This document shows positions 18,376 to 26,664 of a DNA stretch of 64,000 nucleotides, piece by piece; the stretch's first letter is position 1; every line of letters begins with the position of its first letter. Source of the DNA: a virus (Duplodnaviria > Caudoviricetes). The notes beneath the pieces were generated by a model. The model made no database searches. It was not told the DNA's origin and was given only the letters and a program-made list of their open reading frames with translations. The stretch spans positions 76 through 64,075 of the IMG/VR virus record IMGVR_UViG_3300028831_000505, one strand, 5' to 3'. Made by a program: the position numbers and the translations under genes.

Positions 18376-19329
18376 ATGTCACCGCCCTCCTCAACCGCCC
18401 TGCACGTCAAGTATCGTCCGACCGACTTCGACCTCGTGCTGGGTCAGGACGCCACGGTCAAAAGCCTCGAAAAGGCCGTCAAGGCAAACCGCGCCCACAC
18501 GTTCCTGTTCGTAGGGCCAAGCGGCACGGGTAAGACCACGCTGGCCCGGATCGTCGGAAGCAAGTTTTGCGGCGGCAGTATCAGCCCCGCCAACCTGATT
18601 GAGATTGACGCCGCTACCCATACCGGGGCTGAGGCCATGCGCGCGGTCACCCGTGACGCGGCATTCAAGGCCATGGGGGTCAACCCCAACAAGGTGATCA
18701 TCGTTGACGAGGCGCACCGCCTTAGCGCCGCCGCCTGGGAGTCGCTGCTCAAGGTAACGGAGGAGCCTGCGCCCCACGTCTATTGGGTGCTGTGCACCAC
18801 CAACGTGGCGAAGGTTCCTGCCACAATCACCACCCGCTTCCTCAAATACGTACTCAAGCCGGTCAGCGACGAGCTGTTGCTTGAGCTTGTTGCTGCGGTT
18901 ACGGAAATGGAGGGCTTGAAGGTCCCCAAGGATGTCCTTGAAACCATTGCCGAAGGAAGCGGAGGAAGTCCGCGGCAAGCGTTGGTGAACCTGGAGCTTT
19001 GCGCCTATGCCGAGGACGAGGCTGAGGCCCGCAAACTGATGCGTGAGGCCGGCGAGGGCTCCAAGGAGATCGTCGACTATTGCCGCTTCCTCCTGAAACC
19101 CAACGGTGGCTGGCCGGCTGCAATGAAACTGATCAAGGCCATCGACGCCGATGCGGAGTCGATTCGCATTGTTGTGTCCAACTATTTTGCGGCCGTGGCC
19201 GGTAGCGACACCAAAAACCTGCCACGGCTGTTGTTCATCCTTGAGTGCTTCGAGCAACCCTTCAACAGTTCAGACAAGAACGCTCCGCTGCTGCTTGCTA
19301 CCGGACGCGTATTGGGGATTGGCCAATGA
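18376..19329 (+). CDS. clamp loader subunit (DnaX gamma/tau-like AAA+ ATPase)
   Basis: KYRP..F..VLGQ, GPSGTGKTTLARI, EIDAA, IVDEAHRLS, LLKVTEEP, GSPRQA. Confidence 0.92.
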   Translation: MSPPSSTALHVKYRPTDFDLVLGQDATVKSLEKAVKANRAHTFLFVGPSGTGKTTLARIVGSKFCGGSISPANLIEIDAATHTGAEAMRAVTRDAAFKAMGVNPNKVIIVDEAHRLSAAAWESLLKVTEEPAPHVYWVLCTTNVAKVPATITTRFLKYVLKPVSDELLLELVAAVTEMEGLKVPKDVLETIAEGSGGSPRQALVNLELCAYAEDEAEARKLMREAGEGSKEIVDYCRFLLKPNGGWPAAMKLIKAIDADAESIRIVVSNYFAAVAGSDTKNLPRLLFILECFEQPFNSSDKNAPLLLATGRVLGIGQ

Positions 19330-19577
19330 TGAAAGTTTGGGGAATCGTCAAGGTCTTCGGGGTTATCGCGGCGGTATTTGGCCCGCTGCCTTTCGACATA
19401 ACTGAGTGTCACAAGCAGATGACCATCAAGAATGCGGAACTCGACAAGATGTTCTCGTCCGGTCAATTTGACGGTGACGAACGGCTACGAGTCGATGGCC
19501 GCAAGGTAGGCCGGAAAGACGTGGTGCTGGCCTGCGTTGAGTCCCCCGTAAGCCCAGAACTCGGAAAAAGGAAATAA
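19326..19577 (+). CDS. hypothetical protein
   Basis: ATGA overlap with the clamp loader stop. Confidence 0.45.
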   Translation: MMKVWGIVKVFGVIAAVFGPLPFDITECHKQMTIKNAELDKMFSSGQFDGDERLRVDGRKVGRKDVVLACVESPVSPELGKRK

Positions 19578-19581
19578 TCTC

Positions 19582-20106
19582 ATGGCGTCAGCCAAACCGT
19601 CATTCAACATCGACGAGTTCCGCGCGTACCTTGCCATCGACAAGCACCGTCTCGACGAAGAGCTGATGGCCCAACCCGGGTTGTTCTTCAAGGTGAGCGA
19701 CGAGTATGCGCTGGCTTGCGCTGACCGTGACACGGCCAAGGATGATCTTGCCCGCCTCACCGCCGAGATCTATCCCAAGGTCAAGGCCAACCTTGAGAAG
19801 GCCGGCAAAGCTACCGAGGCAGCCATTCAGGCGGGCATTGCGCTGGACAAGAAGCACCAAGCCGCCGTCAAGGTGTACTCGGACGCGCGCTACTGGGCCG
19901 ACCTCACCCTTGCGCTCAAGGAAGCCTTCATCCAGCGCAGTTACATGCTGCGGGAAATGGCCCATCTGTTCTCGGCCAACTACTTCGACCGCGCTGTGGT
20001 TGAAGGCACCGGGCGGCGGGGTGAGTCCTTGAAGGCCGACGCCATCAAGGAGCAGATGTCCACTCGGCGTGACACCAATCGTTCCCGTCCACGCCTGAAC
20101 GACTAA
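19582..20106 (+). CDS. UvsY-like recombination mediator protein
   Basis: Helical protein with LAIDKHRLDEELMAQPGLF...TEAAI...KEAFIQRSYML pattern; lies near SSB and RecA. Confidence 0.6.
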   Translation: MASAKPSFNIDEFRAYLAIDKHRLDEELMAQPGLFFKVSDEYALACADRDTAKDDLARLTAEIYPKVKANLEKAGKATEAAIQAGIALDKKHQAAVKVYSDARYWADLTLALKEAFIQRSYMLREMAHLFSANYFDRAVVEGTGRRGESLKADAIKEQMSTRRDTNRSRPRLND

Positions 20107-20116
20107 GGGGAGTCCC

Positions 20117-20260
20117 ATGTACAACTTCGAATCTGAATTGGATGACCTGATCAACCGCGCCCGGGAGGGGAAGGTCAAGACCACGTGGAGCGACATCATC
20201 AGCGCCTTTGAAATCAAACTCATGGCGCTGAAAGAGGAGCATGGGGACGACACGGACTAA
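20117..20260 (+). CDS. small hypothetical protein (47 aa, not in the ORF track)
   Basis: AAGGGGAG RBS then MYNFESELDDLINRAREGKVKTTWSDIISAFEIKLMALKEEHGDDTD. Confidence 0.6.
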   Translation: MYNFESELDDLINRAREGKVKTTWSDIISAFEIKLMALKEEHGDDTD

Positions 20261-20296
20261 CCCCCACGTATAGCTAGGGGTAACGGGACCAGAACC

Positions 20297-20503
20297 ATGT
20301 TCGGCGGCGCAGAGGGTTTTAATTACTTGCCCCTGCTGTACGCATCGGCAGCGGTTCTTGTTCTGATCATTGCCTTCATCTTGGCCTGCATGTTTCACCG
20401 TCAGGTCATCAAGGGCAAAAAGGAAGTTATCGACTACGCAGCCCAACGGCTGGCAGCAAGGCGCGGCGGGCAGGGCGGAACTGAACCCACGAGAGGAAGT
20501 TGA
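20297..20503 (+). CDS. small membrane protein
   Basis: Single hydrophobic helix followed by a basic tail. Confidence 0.45.
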   Translation: MFGGAEGFNYLPLLYASAAVLVLIIAFILACMFHRQVIKGKKEVIDYAAQRLAARRGGQGGTEPTRGS

Positions 20504-20505
20504 TC

Positions 20506-21897
20506 ATGGCGAAGCGCGAATTCAAATACAAGCCCCGCTCGGCGGAGGACGTCCGTGAGCGGGCCAACCAGCAGTCGGGCAACTTCGACCGGTTCATGCC
20601 CGACAACGTGAAGATGTTCAAGCCGCGCGACGGCAAGAACATCATCCGTGTCCTTCCGCCCACTTGGGACGGCGCCAAGCACTTTGGCTACGAACTGTGG
20701 GTGGTGTATGGCGTGGGGGCGGACAACCAGTCCTACCTCTCGCCATCCAAGATGAGGCAGGAGGACGATCCAATCGAGGAGATGCGCAGGGAACTCACCG
20801 AGGACCGTAACGAGAAGGCCGCCAAGTCGCTGACCCCCAAAAAGCGCGTCGGCATCTACCTGATCGACCGCATGGCCGAAGACGAGGGCGTGCAGTTTTG
20901 GGCCATGCCTTGGACCCTCGACCGCGACATTGCCAACCGCTGCTATGACGAGGACACCAAGGACGTCATCATGATCGATGACCCCGACAATGGCGCCGAC
21001 GTCAGGTTTTACAAGGAAGGCACCGGCCGCAACACCGAATACAATGCGGCTAGGATCACGGTGCTTAAGGACTCGCCCCTCAGCGACGACAAGCGCACCA
21101 TGAACGACTGGCTTGCCTACGTCGAAGACAACCCCATTCCCGAGAAGCTGGTGTACTACCCCTATGACCACCTGAAACGGGTGGTCGCCGGCACCGCCAC
21201 CAAGAAGCCCGACGAGGATGACGCCGACGTGCTTGGGCGCGGCCGTGCTAGCCGCGAGGAAGAGCGTGGGCGTGGCGGGCGCGGTGGCCGCGAGGAGGAG
21301 CGGGGCCGGGGCACCCGTGACCGGGGCGACGAGCGCGGCGGGCGCAGCCGTGAGCCGGAGCCTAATCCCGAGGAAGATCGTGGCACACAGCGCGGCGGCC
21401 GTGGCGGCCGGGACGACCCGCGTGACGATGACCGGCGCGGCGGTGGTGAGCGCAGCCGCGCCCGCCCGCGCCTCGACGAGCCGGACAACGACTCTGAGCC
21501 GGAACCGGAACCCGAGGATCGGGGCCGGGGGCGCACCCGGCGCGAGGAGCCCGAGCGGGGCCGTGATCGCGATGATCGAGGAAGTGACAGGGGCGAGGAA
21601 CGCGGCGGCAGCGAGCGCAGCCGCACCCGTGCCCGTCTCGAGGACGACCCCGCCGACGATGACCGCGGTGGTGGACGGGAACGCAGCCGGAGCCGCGACG
21701 ATGATCGCGGCGAGGACCGGGGCGGGCGCCGTGAGCGTAGCCGTGCCGAGCCCGAGGAAACGGAGCGCGAGGCGCGTGACGATGACCGGCGGGGTGGCCG
21801 TGATCGTGACCGTGACCGCGAGGATGACCGGGGCGGGGGCAAGGGGGGAAGTGTGCTTGACCGCATGCGTGCCCGGCGCCGTGACCCGGCCGATTGA
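20506..21897 (+). CDS. gp32-like single-stranded DNA-binding protein with a long R/D/E/G low-complexity tail
   Basis: FKPRDGKNIIRVLPP, IDDPDNGADV...EGTGRNTEY typical of phage SSB cores; GAGGA RBS; located between UvsY-like and RecA. Confidence 0.75.
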   Translation: MAKREFKYKPRSAEDVRERANQQSGNFDRFMPDNVKMFKPRDGKNIIRVLPPTWDGAKHFGYELWVVYGVGADNQSYLSPSKMRQEDDPIEEMRRELTEDRNEKAAKSLTPKKRVGIYLIDRMAEDEGVQFWAMPWTLDRDIANRCYDEDTKDVIMIDDPDNGADVRFYKEGTGRNTEYNAARITVLKDSPLSDDKRTMNDWLAYVEDNPIPEKLVYYPYDHLKRVVAGTATKKPDEDDADVLGRGRASREEERGRGGRGGREEERGRGTRDRGDERGGRSREPEPNPEEDRGTQRGGRGGRDDPRDDDRRGGGERSRARPRLDEPDNDSEPEPEPEDRGRGRTRREEPERGRDRDDRGSDRGEERGGSERSRTRARLEDDPADDDRGGGRERSRSRDDDRGEDRGGRRERSRAEPEETEREARDDDRRGGRDRDRDREDDRGGGKGGSVLDRMRARRRDPAD

Positions 21898-21918
21898 AGG
21901 AGATATTGCCTTACGGGG

Positions 21919-22077
21919 TTGAGCGGCGATCCGCCGTGGATTGACCGCCGCCCCCTGGGCGTGGCACTCGCAGACGAGATCCCCTACCAGCGGTGGGATA
22001 GGGAACTGTCAATCCTGCACAGGTCCGGCTTTGACACTGTGCAGGATTATCTGCAGTGGAAGCATAGGAAGGACTGA
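21919..22077 (+). CDS. possible small protein (52 aa, TTG start)
   Basis: Open frame LSGDPPWIDRRPLGV...WKHRKD fills the SSB-RecA gap. Confidence 0.3.
   Translation: MSGDPPWIDRRPLGVALADEIPYQRWDRELSILHRSGFDTVQDYLQWKHRKD
22011..22048. repeat. 12-bp perfect inverted repeat (stem-loop)
   Basis: AATCCTGCACAG-N14-CTGTGCAGGATT. Confidence 0.6.
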
Positions 22078-22080
22078 CCC

Positions 22081-23124
22081 ATGGCCAAAGCTGCCCCCGC
22101 TCCCAAACGCCAACGGGTCCGCCTCGAGGACGAGGCAAAGCAAGCCAATCACTACCTTGTGCAGCTTGAGGGGAAGGAGGTCGAATTCTTCTCCTCAGGG
22201 TGCGCCATCCTCGACTGCATTCTTAGCGGGGGTTGGGCCAGTGGCCGGGTGATCAACGTCGTTGGCGACAAGTCAACCGCCAAGACGGGCCTTGCAACCG
22301 AGGCCCTGATCAACTTCAAGGTCAAGTACCCGAAGGGATTTGCCAAGTATCAGGAATGCGAAGGCGCCTACGACTTCCAGTATGCCAAGGCCATGGGCCT
22401 ACCGCTGGACGACATCGACTTTGGTGAGGAACCGCTTCTCACCGTTGAGGCTTTTGCCGAGGACCTCGAGCGTTTCACCGACCAGTGTGAGCAGGCCGGG
22501 CAGCCGGGCTTATATGTGCTGGATTCGCTTGACTCCCTGAGCGACAAGGCCGAGGGCAAGCGCAAGGTGGGCGACGCCAGCTTTGGCATGGCCAAGCCCA
22601 AGCTGCTGTCCGAAATGTTTCGCAAGCTGTGCAAGCGCATGGAGGCAGCCAAGGTCACCCTGCTGGTGATCTCCCAGGTGCGCGACAACATCAACGCCTC
22701 TTTTGGTGAGAAGCACACGCGGTCAGGTGGCAAAGCGCTGGACTTCTACGCTAGCCAAGTTGTGTGGCTGGCGCGCATCAAGAACCTCAAGCGCACCATC
22801 CAGCACGTCGAGCGCGTCTATGGTTCGCGCATCAAGGCCAACTGCAAGAAAAACAAGGTTGGCATCCCGTTCCGCACTTGCGAATTCGATTTCATATTTG
22901 GCTTTGGCGTGGATGATCTGAACGCCAGCCTTGATTGGCTCGACGAGGTGCGGCGCATGGACGCGCTGGGGCTCAAGGGCGCCGACCTCAAGGAGTACCT
23001 TGGGGCCGTGGCACTGCTAAAAACCGACGAGTACGCCCAGGAACGGGCGGCGTTGGCCAAGGTGGTGTTCACCGAGTGGGTCAGGATCGAGAAAACGTTC
23101 CTTCCAACCCGGACCAAATACTGA
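22081..23124 (+). CDS. recA: RecA/UvsX-like recombinase
   Basis: SSGCAILD..L.GG...GR, GDKSTAKT, VLDSL, ISQVRDNI, SGGKALDFYAS, KKNKVG.PFR. Confidence 0.93.
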   Translation: MAKAAPAPKRQRVRLEDEAKQANHYLVQLEGKEVEFFSSGCAILDCILSGGWASGRVINVVGDKSTAKTGLATEALINFKVKYPKGFAKYQECEGAYDFQYAKAMGLPLDDIDFGEEPLLTVEAFAEDLERFTDQCEQAGQPGLYVLDSLDSLSDKAEGKRKVGDASFGMAKPKLLSEMFRKLCKRMEAAKVTLLVISQVRDNINASFGEKHTRSGGKALDFYASQVVWLARIKNLKRTIQHVERVYGSRIKANCKKNKVGIPFRTCEFDFIFGFGVDDLNASLDWLDEVRRMDALGLKGADLKEYLGAVALLKTDEYAQERAALAKVVFTEWVRIEKTFLPTRTKY

Positions 23125-23363
23125 TGGACCTCATCTGGACCCTTTCGGCCAAAGCCGCCCCGCCCAAGGACCAGCCGCTGTGGTTCTACTCGGTGAGCTA
23201 CTCTGCGGGTGCCATTCCCGGGTACTGGAACAAAGACCGGGGCTGGTGGTCACGCGTTGGTGGTGGCGGGTCATGCCTTGCAACGGCGGAGAATCCTCCC
23301 ACCTATTGGATGTTGCGTACCGAGCCCCCGGCACCGCCTGATTTTGCCGAACGTGGCGGCTGA
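23124..23363 (+). CDS. hypothetical protein (Trp/Pro-rich)
   Basis: Coupled by TGATG overlaps; PTYWM...P.PP resembles small phage DUF551-type proteins. Confidence 0.5.
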   Translation: MDLIWTLSAKAAPPKDQPLWFYSVSYSAGAIPGYWNKDRGWWSRVGGGGSCLATAENPPTYWMLRTEPPAPPDFAERGG

Positions 23364-23623
23364 TGCCACCGCGTGTGCTAAACTACCTTGTAGATGGGAT
23401 TCCGGACGACGCCGTCTGGTGCATGCGCCCCAGCAAGTACAGCAACAAGTTCCGGATAGGCGTGGACGGTGATCGGGATACCTGCTGTGACCGATTTGAG
23501 AAGGAAGTGCTGCCCACCCTTGACGTGAGCGACCTAAGGGGTAAGGATCTCCTTTGCTGTTGCAAGCCCTTGCGTTGCCACTGTGACTCGATACTCCGCA
23601 AGGCAAATGGGAGGCCCCCGTGA
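23363..23623 (+). CDS. DUF4326 domain protein
   Basis: RPSKYSNKF...LRGKDLLCCCKPLRCHCD signature. Confidence 0.8.
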   Translation: MPPRVLNYLVDGIPDDAVWCMRPSKYSNKFRIGVDGDRDTCCDRFEKEVLPTLDVSDLRGKDLLCCCKPLRCHCDSILRKANGRPP

Positions 23624-24003
23624 CTATCAGGGACACCGTAGACAAGCTGATCCGCAGTACCGGCGCCACGCCACCCGTTGACCGCACGCAGCGCAGGATG
23701 ACGGACGGGGCTCCGGAAGACCCAAACCACCGTGAGATCGGCCCTGATGGAATGCAAAAAGGCTACATCGTCCTCAGCGAGGAGGAACGGGCACGGGGCT
23801 TTGTCCGGCCTGTCCGTCGCACCTACAAGCACCTGACGTGCGGCGGCACAACAACCATGAGCATTCCGTTCGCCGAGACCTACGCACGTGATCCTCATTT
23901 CTACGCGGGAGCATTCTGCGTGCACTGTCGCGCCCATTTCACCTTCGGGCAACCGAATGGGGACTTTGTTTGGGACGGGACCGACGAAAAATTGGGGGCC
24001 TGA
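23620..24003 (+). CDS. conserved Zn-binding hypothetical protein
   Basis: YKHLTCGGTTTM...ETYARDP.FY..AFCVHC. Confidence 0.65.
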   Translation: MTIRDTVDKLIRSTGATPPVDRTQRRMTDGAPEDPNHREIGPDGMQKGYIVLSEEERARGFVRPVRRTYKHLTCGGTTTMSIPFAETYARDPHFYAGAFCVHCRAHFTFGQPNGDFVWDGTDEKLGA

Positions 24004-24007
24004 AATC

Positions 24008-24562
24008 ATGCGGGCAGGCGGGGGCAAGGCAAAGGGAGCCAATTTTGAGAGGGAAGTCTGCAAGAAGCTTTCCTTGTGGCTCACCTTTGGCAAGCACGAA
24101 GGTGTATTCTGGCGCAGCGCCATGTCAGGCGGACGCAGTACCGTTGCCGCGCGCCGAGGCGTGCAGCTAGGCGAGCAGGCCGGCGACCTGTCCTCAGTCC
24201 ACCCCGCGGGCAATGCCTTCATCGGTAAATTTGTGGTGGAGTGCAAAACCTACAAGAACCTCGACTTCCATGGGCTCCCGGTTGGCCGAGGTGCCTTGGT
24301 CGACTTCTGGGCACAGGTTACGGGTGAGGCCCGCCACTTTGGCAAGTTGCCCATCCTGATAGCCAAACAGAACCAGCAGCCGACCCTTATCTGTTTCAGC
24401 AATCCTGGACTGGTGGTCTGCGCCTTGGGGCGCCACGTTGTGCTGACCGCCCCGCAACTCGGGTTGAATGCGCTTTTGTTTGAGGAGTTCCTCAAAAGCG
24501 ATCCATCGCGAATGATTGCTGCGCTCAAGGCGTCCCGCCTGAGCATGCGCGTCCGCCTCTGA
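24008..24562 (+). CDS. Holliday junction resolvase (PD-(D/E)XK nuclease)
   Basis: KAKGANFEREV, AGD, VVECK. Confidence 0.82.
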   Translation: MRAGGGKAKGANFEREVCKKLSLWLTFGKHEGVFWRSAMSGGRSTVAARRGVQLGEQAGDLSSVHPAGNAFIGKFVVECKTYKNLDFHGLPVGRGALVDFWAQVTGEARHFGKLPILIAKQNQQPTLICFSNPGLVVCALGRHVVLTAPQLGLNALLFEEFLKSDPSRMIAALKASRLSMRVRL

Positions 24563-24575
24563 GAAGGTTTTACGA

Positions 24576-25133
24576 ATGGGAAGGCTCTTTGCAACGGCCA
24601 CTGGCCACGATGCCGGGGGCAAGGTCAGGCTTGCCCTGCCTGCGGGCGTCACGGGGGCCGCCAAGTTCACCGACAAGGGGCGCAGGCGGCAATGGCTCAG
24701 CCGTGATCTGCCACCCATGGGCAAACCCCTAACAATCCTCTTCATCGGGATGAATCCATCAACGGCGGGCAAAGCCTGGGACGACCCCACCGTAGCGAAG
24801 GAGTGTGTCTATGCCTTTTCCCTCGGGTACACGAAGTATGTTAAGTGCAATGTGATGGACTACATCGCTACACACCCCGATGATCTTCTCAAACTCGGGG
24901 TCAAACCATGCTCACCGGGCAACCTGTTTGTTATCCTTGGACAGGCCAAGGGCGCTGATCGGATTGTCGTATGTTTTGGTAAGCTGCACAAGCAGCTCTG
25001 GCCCTACGGCGGCGTGGTGACGAAGGCCCTGAAAACTGCCGGTTACGAACTTTGGTGCTTTGGGCGCAACGAGGACGGGTCTCCGAAGCATCCGTTGTAT
25101 CTAAAGAAGAGCACCCCGCTGGAGCGGTACTGA
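24576..25133 (+). CDS. DUF1643 domain protein
   Basis: FIGMNPSTA...DDPT...AT.PDDL...GSPKHPLY. Confidence 0.88.
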   Translation: MGRLFATATGHDAGGKVRLALPAGVTGAAKFTDKGRRRQWLSRDLPPMGKPLTILFIGMNPSTAGKAWDDPTVAKECVYAFSLGYTKYVKCNVMDYIATHPDDLLKLGVKPCSPGNLFVILGQAKGADRIVVCFGKLHKQLWPYGGVVTKALKTAGYELWCFGRNEDGSPKHPLYLKKSTPLERY

Positions 25134-26141
25134 ATGTTCTTAGTAACCACCGACCTGCACCTGACCGACAAGCCGCGCGACGCTTACCGGTTCGGGTTGT
25201 TCCCGTGGCTGCGCAAGCAGCAGGAGGAGCACAACGTGGAGGCCACGTTCATCCTTGGGGACTTGACCGAGGCGAAAGACCGCCACAGCGCACAGCTTGT
25301 GAACCAAGCCGTCGATGGCTTGTGTCAACTCCTCCCCCCGGTCTATGTGGATCGCGGCAACCACGATTACATTGACCCAAAGAACCCTTTCTTCAAATTC
25401 ATCAACCGGATGGAAGGCCTCAGGCTGATCACAGTTCCCCGGGTGATCAAGCTATCCAATGTGAGTTGCCTTGTCCTCCCGCACGTGCACGCGGTTGAGG
25501 AGTGGGGGCCGTTGGAAGACCGCTTTGGGGGCAAGGTCGACTATGTGTTCATCCACCAGACCGTTGAGGGGGCAATTTCTGAGGCGGGTGGGCACCGGCT
25601 GTCTGGCTTCCCAACCGAGCCGCTGGAACGGCTGGGTGGGGTTATCTACTCAGGGGACATTCATCGTCCGCAAGAGGTGGGGCCAGTCACCTACGTGGGC
25701 TCACCCTACCACGTGCGCTTTGGGGATGATTTTCGTCCCCGCGTGCTTTTGATTGACCCCCACCACTCGGTGAAGGAACTGCGCTTTGGTGCCCCCAGCA
25801 AGTGGCACCTGGCCATTCGTGACATTGACGAACTGGCCCAACACAAGGGCTTGCGCGCGGGGGACCAAGTAAAAATCACCTTGGAGCTTAGCAAGGAAGA
25901 GGTCACCGACTGGTCCAACCTGAGGCGCAAGATAACCGACGTCTGCCGCAGCAAAAACCTCCAGGTCTATGGGATCGTTCTCAAGGTTAAGAAGGCCGCG
26001 GTTCATCGTTTCAGGCTTGAGGATGAAATCACTGACACCGGGATGGTTCGCGACCCTAGAGAAATCGTTGAGGCCTTCTGCAAAAGCGAGGGTCTTGGGA
26101 AGGCGGTCAAGGCTGCTGGCATAGAGATTTTGGAGGCTTGA
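25134..26141 (+). CDS. sbcD: SbcD/Mre11-like (T4 gp47-like) nuclease
   Basis: Metallophosphoesterase motifs TDLH, LGDL, GNHD, IHQ, SGDIH, YVGSP. Confidence 0.9.
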   Translation: MFLVTTDLHLTDKPRDAYRFGLFPWLRKQQEEHNVEATFILGDLTEAKDRHSAQLVNQAVDGLCQLLPPVYVDRGNHDYIDPKNPFFKFINRMEGLRLITVPRVIKLSNVSCLVLPHVHAVEEWGPLEDRFGGKVDYVFIHQTVEGAISEAGGHRLSGFPTEPLERLGGVIYSGDIHRPQEVGPVTYVGSPYHVRFGDDFRPRVLLIDPHHSVKELRFGAPSKWHLAIRDIDELAQHKGLRAGDQVKITLELSKEEVTDWSNLRRKITDVCRSKNLQVYGIVLKVKKAAVHRFRLEDEITDTGMVRDPREIVEAFCKSEGLGKAVKAAGIEILEA

Positions 26142-26144
26142 GCA

Positions 26145-26498
26145 ATGTCAAATGACGAGTACCCTGCAGACTACGGCCGTTACCTCGATGAGTGCTATGT
26201 GCAGGAAAAGGGCACAGTTGGCAAATCCTACGAGGAATGGAAGGCTGAGCAATCTCTCCCCAGAGTCTTCGTAAAAGGCAGTGTCTTTGTAAAAGCCGAA
26301 GAGCTTCGATTTTCCCGTCCAGGAGAATCCCCCAATGCCTTGATAACGGGCGAAATGGTTGAGGAGTTGGCCACGATGATGGCTGTTGGCAACAACGGCG
26401 GCACGTGGGCCGACCACTATACCGAGGATCAAAAGAACACGTGGCGCAACGCCGCACACAATGTCATTGCCTGGGTGATCGAACGGGTTGTTGGGTAG
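26145..26498 (+). CDS. hypothetical protein
   Basis: GGAGG RBS, 117 aa. Confidence 0.55.
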   Translation: MSNDEYPADYGRYLDECYVQEKGTVGKSYEEWKAEQSLPRVFVKGSVFVKAEELRFSRPGESPNALITGEMVEELATMMAVGNNGGTWADHYTEDQKNTWRNAAHNVIAWVIERVVG

Positions 26499-26502
26499 AC
26501 AA

Positions 26503-26664
26503 ATGTCCCTAGACGATATCCGCAAGCACATACGTGAGGCTGCCTGCTTGGAGGAAATGCTCGGGTGGTGGCAGGCAGGCCTTGACCTCCTCGCGCGCGA
26601 GCAGGCGGAGCGGGCTGAAAAGGCCGGCATCCTAATTCCCAATCCCCAAAAACCCAATGCTTGA
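26503..26664 (+). CDS. small hypothetical protein (53 aa)
   Basis: MSLDDIRKHIREAACLEEMLGWWQ... fills the gap before sbcC. Confidence 0.4.
   Translation: MSLDDIRKHIREAACLEEMLGWWQAGLDLLAREQAERAEKAGILIPNPQKPNA

Noticed and set aside
16149-19257. Long - strand ORFs (380 aa and 288 aa) opposite polA and the clamp loader
   Set aside because: Antisense shadows of well-supported genes
21162-21922. Arg/Ser-rich (- strand) and Ala-rich (alternative + frame) 234-aa ORFs; repeat-like DNA
   Set aside because: These are alternative frames of the SSB low-complexity tail; there are no fixed-length repeats with unique spacers, so this is not a CRISPR array
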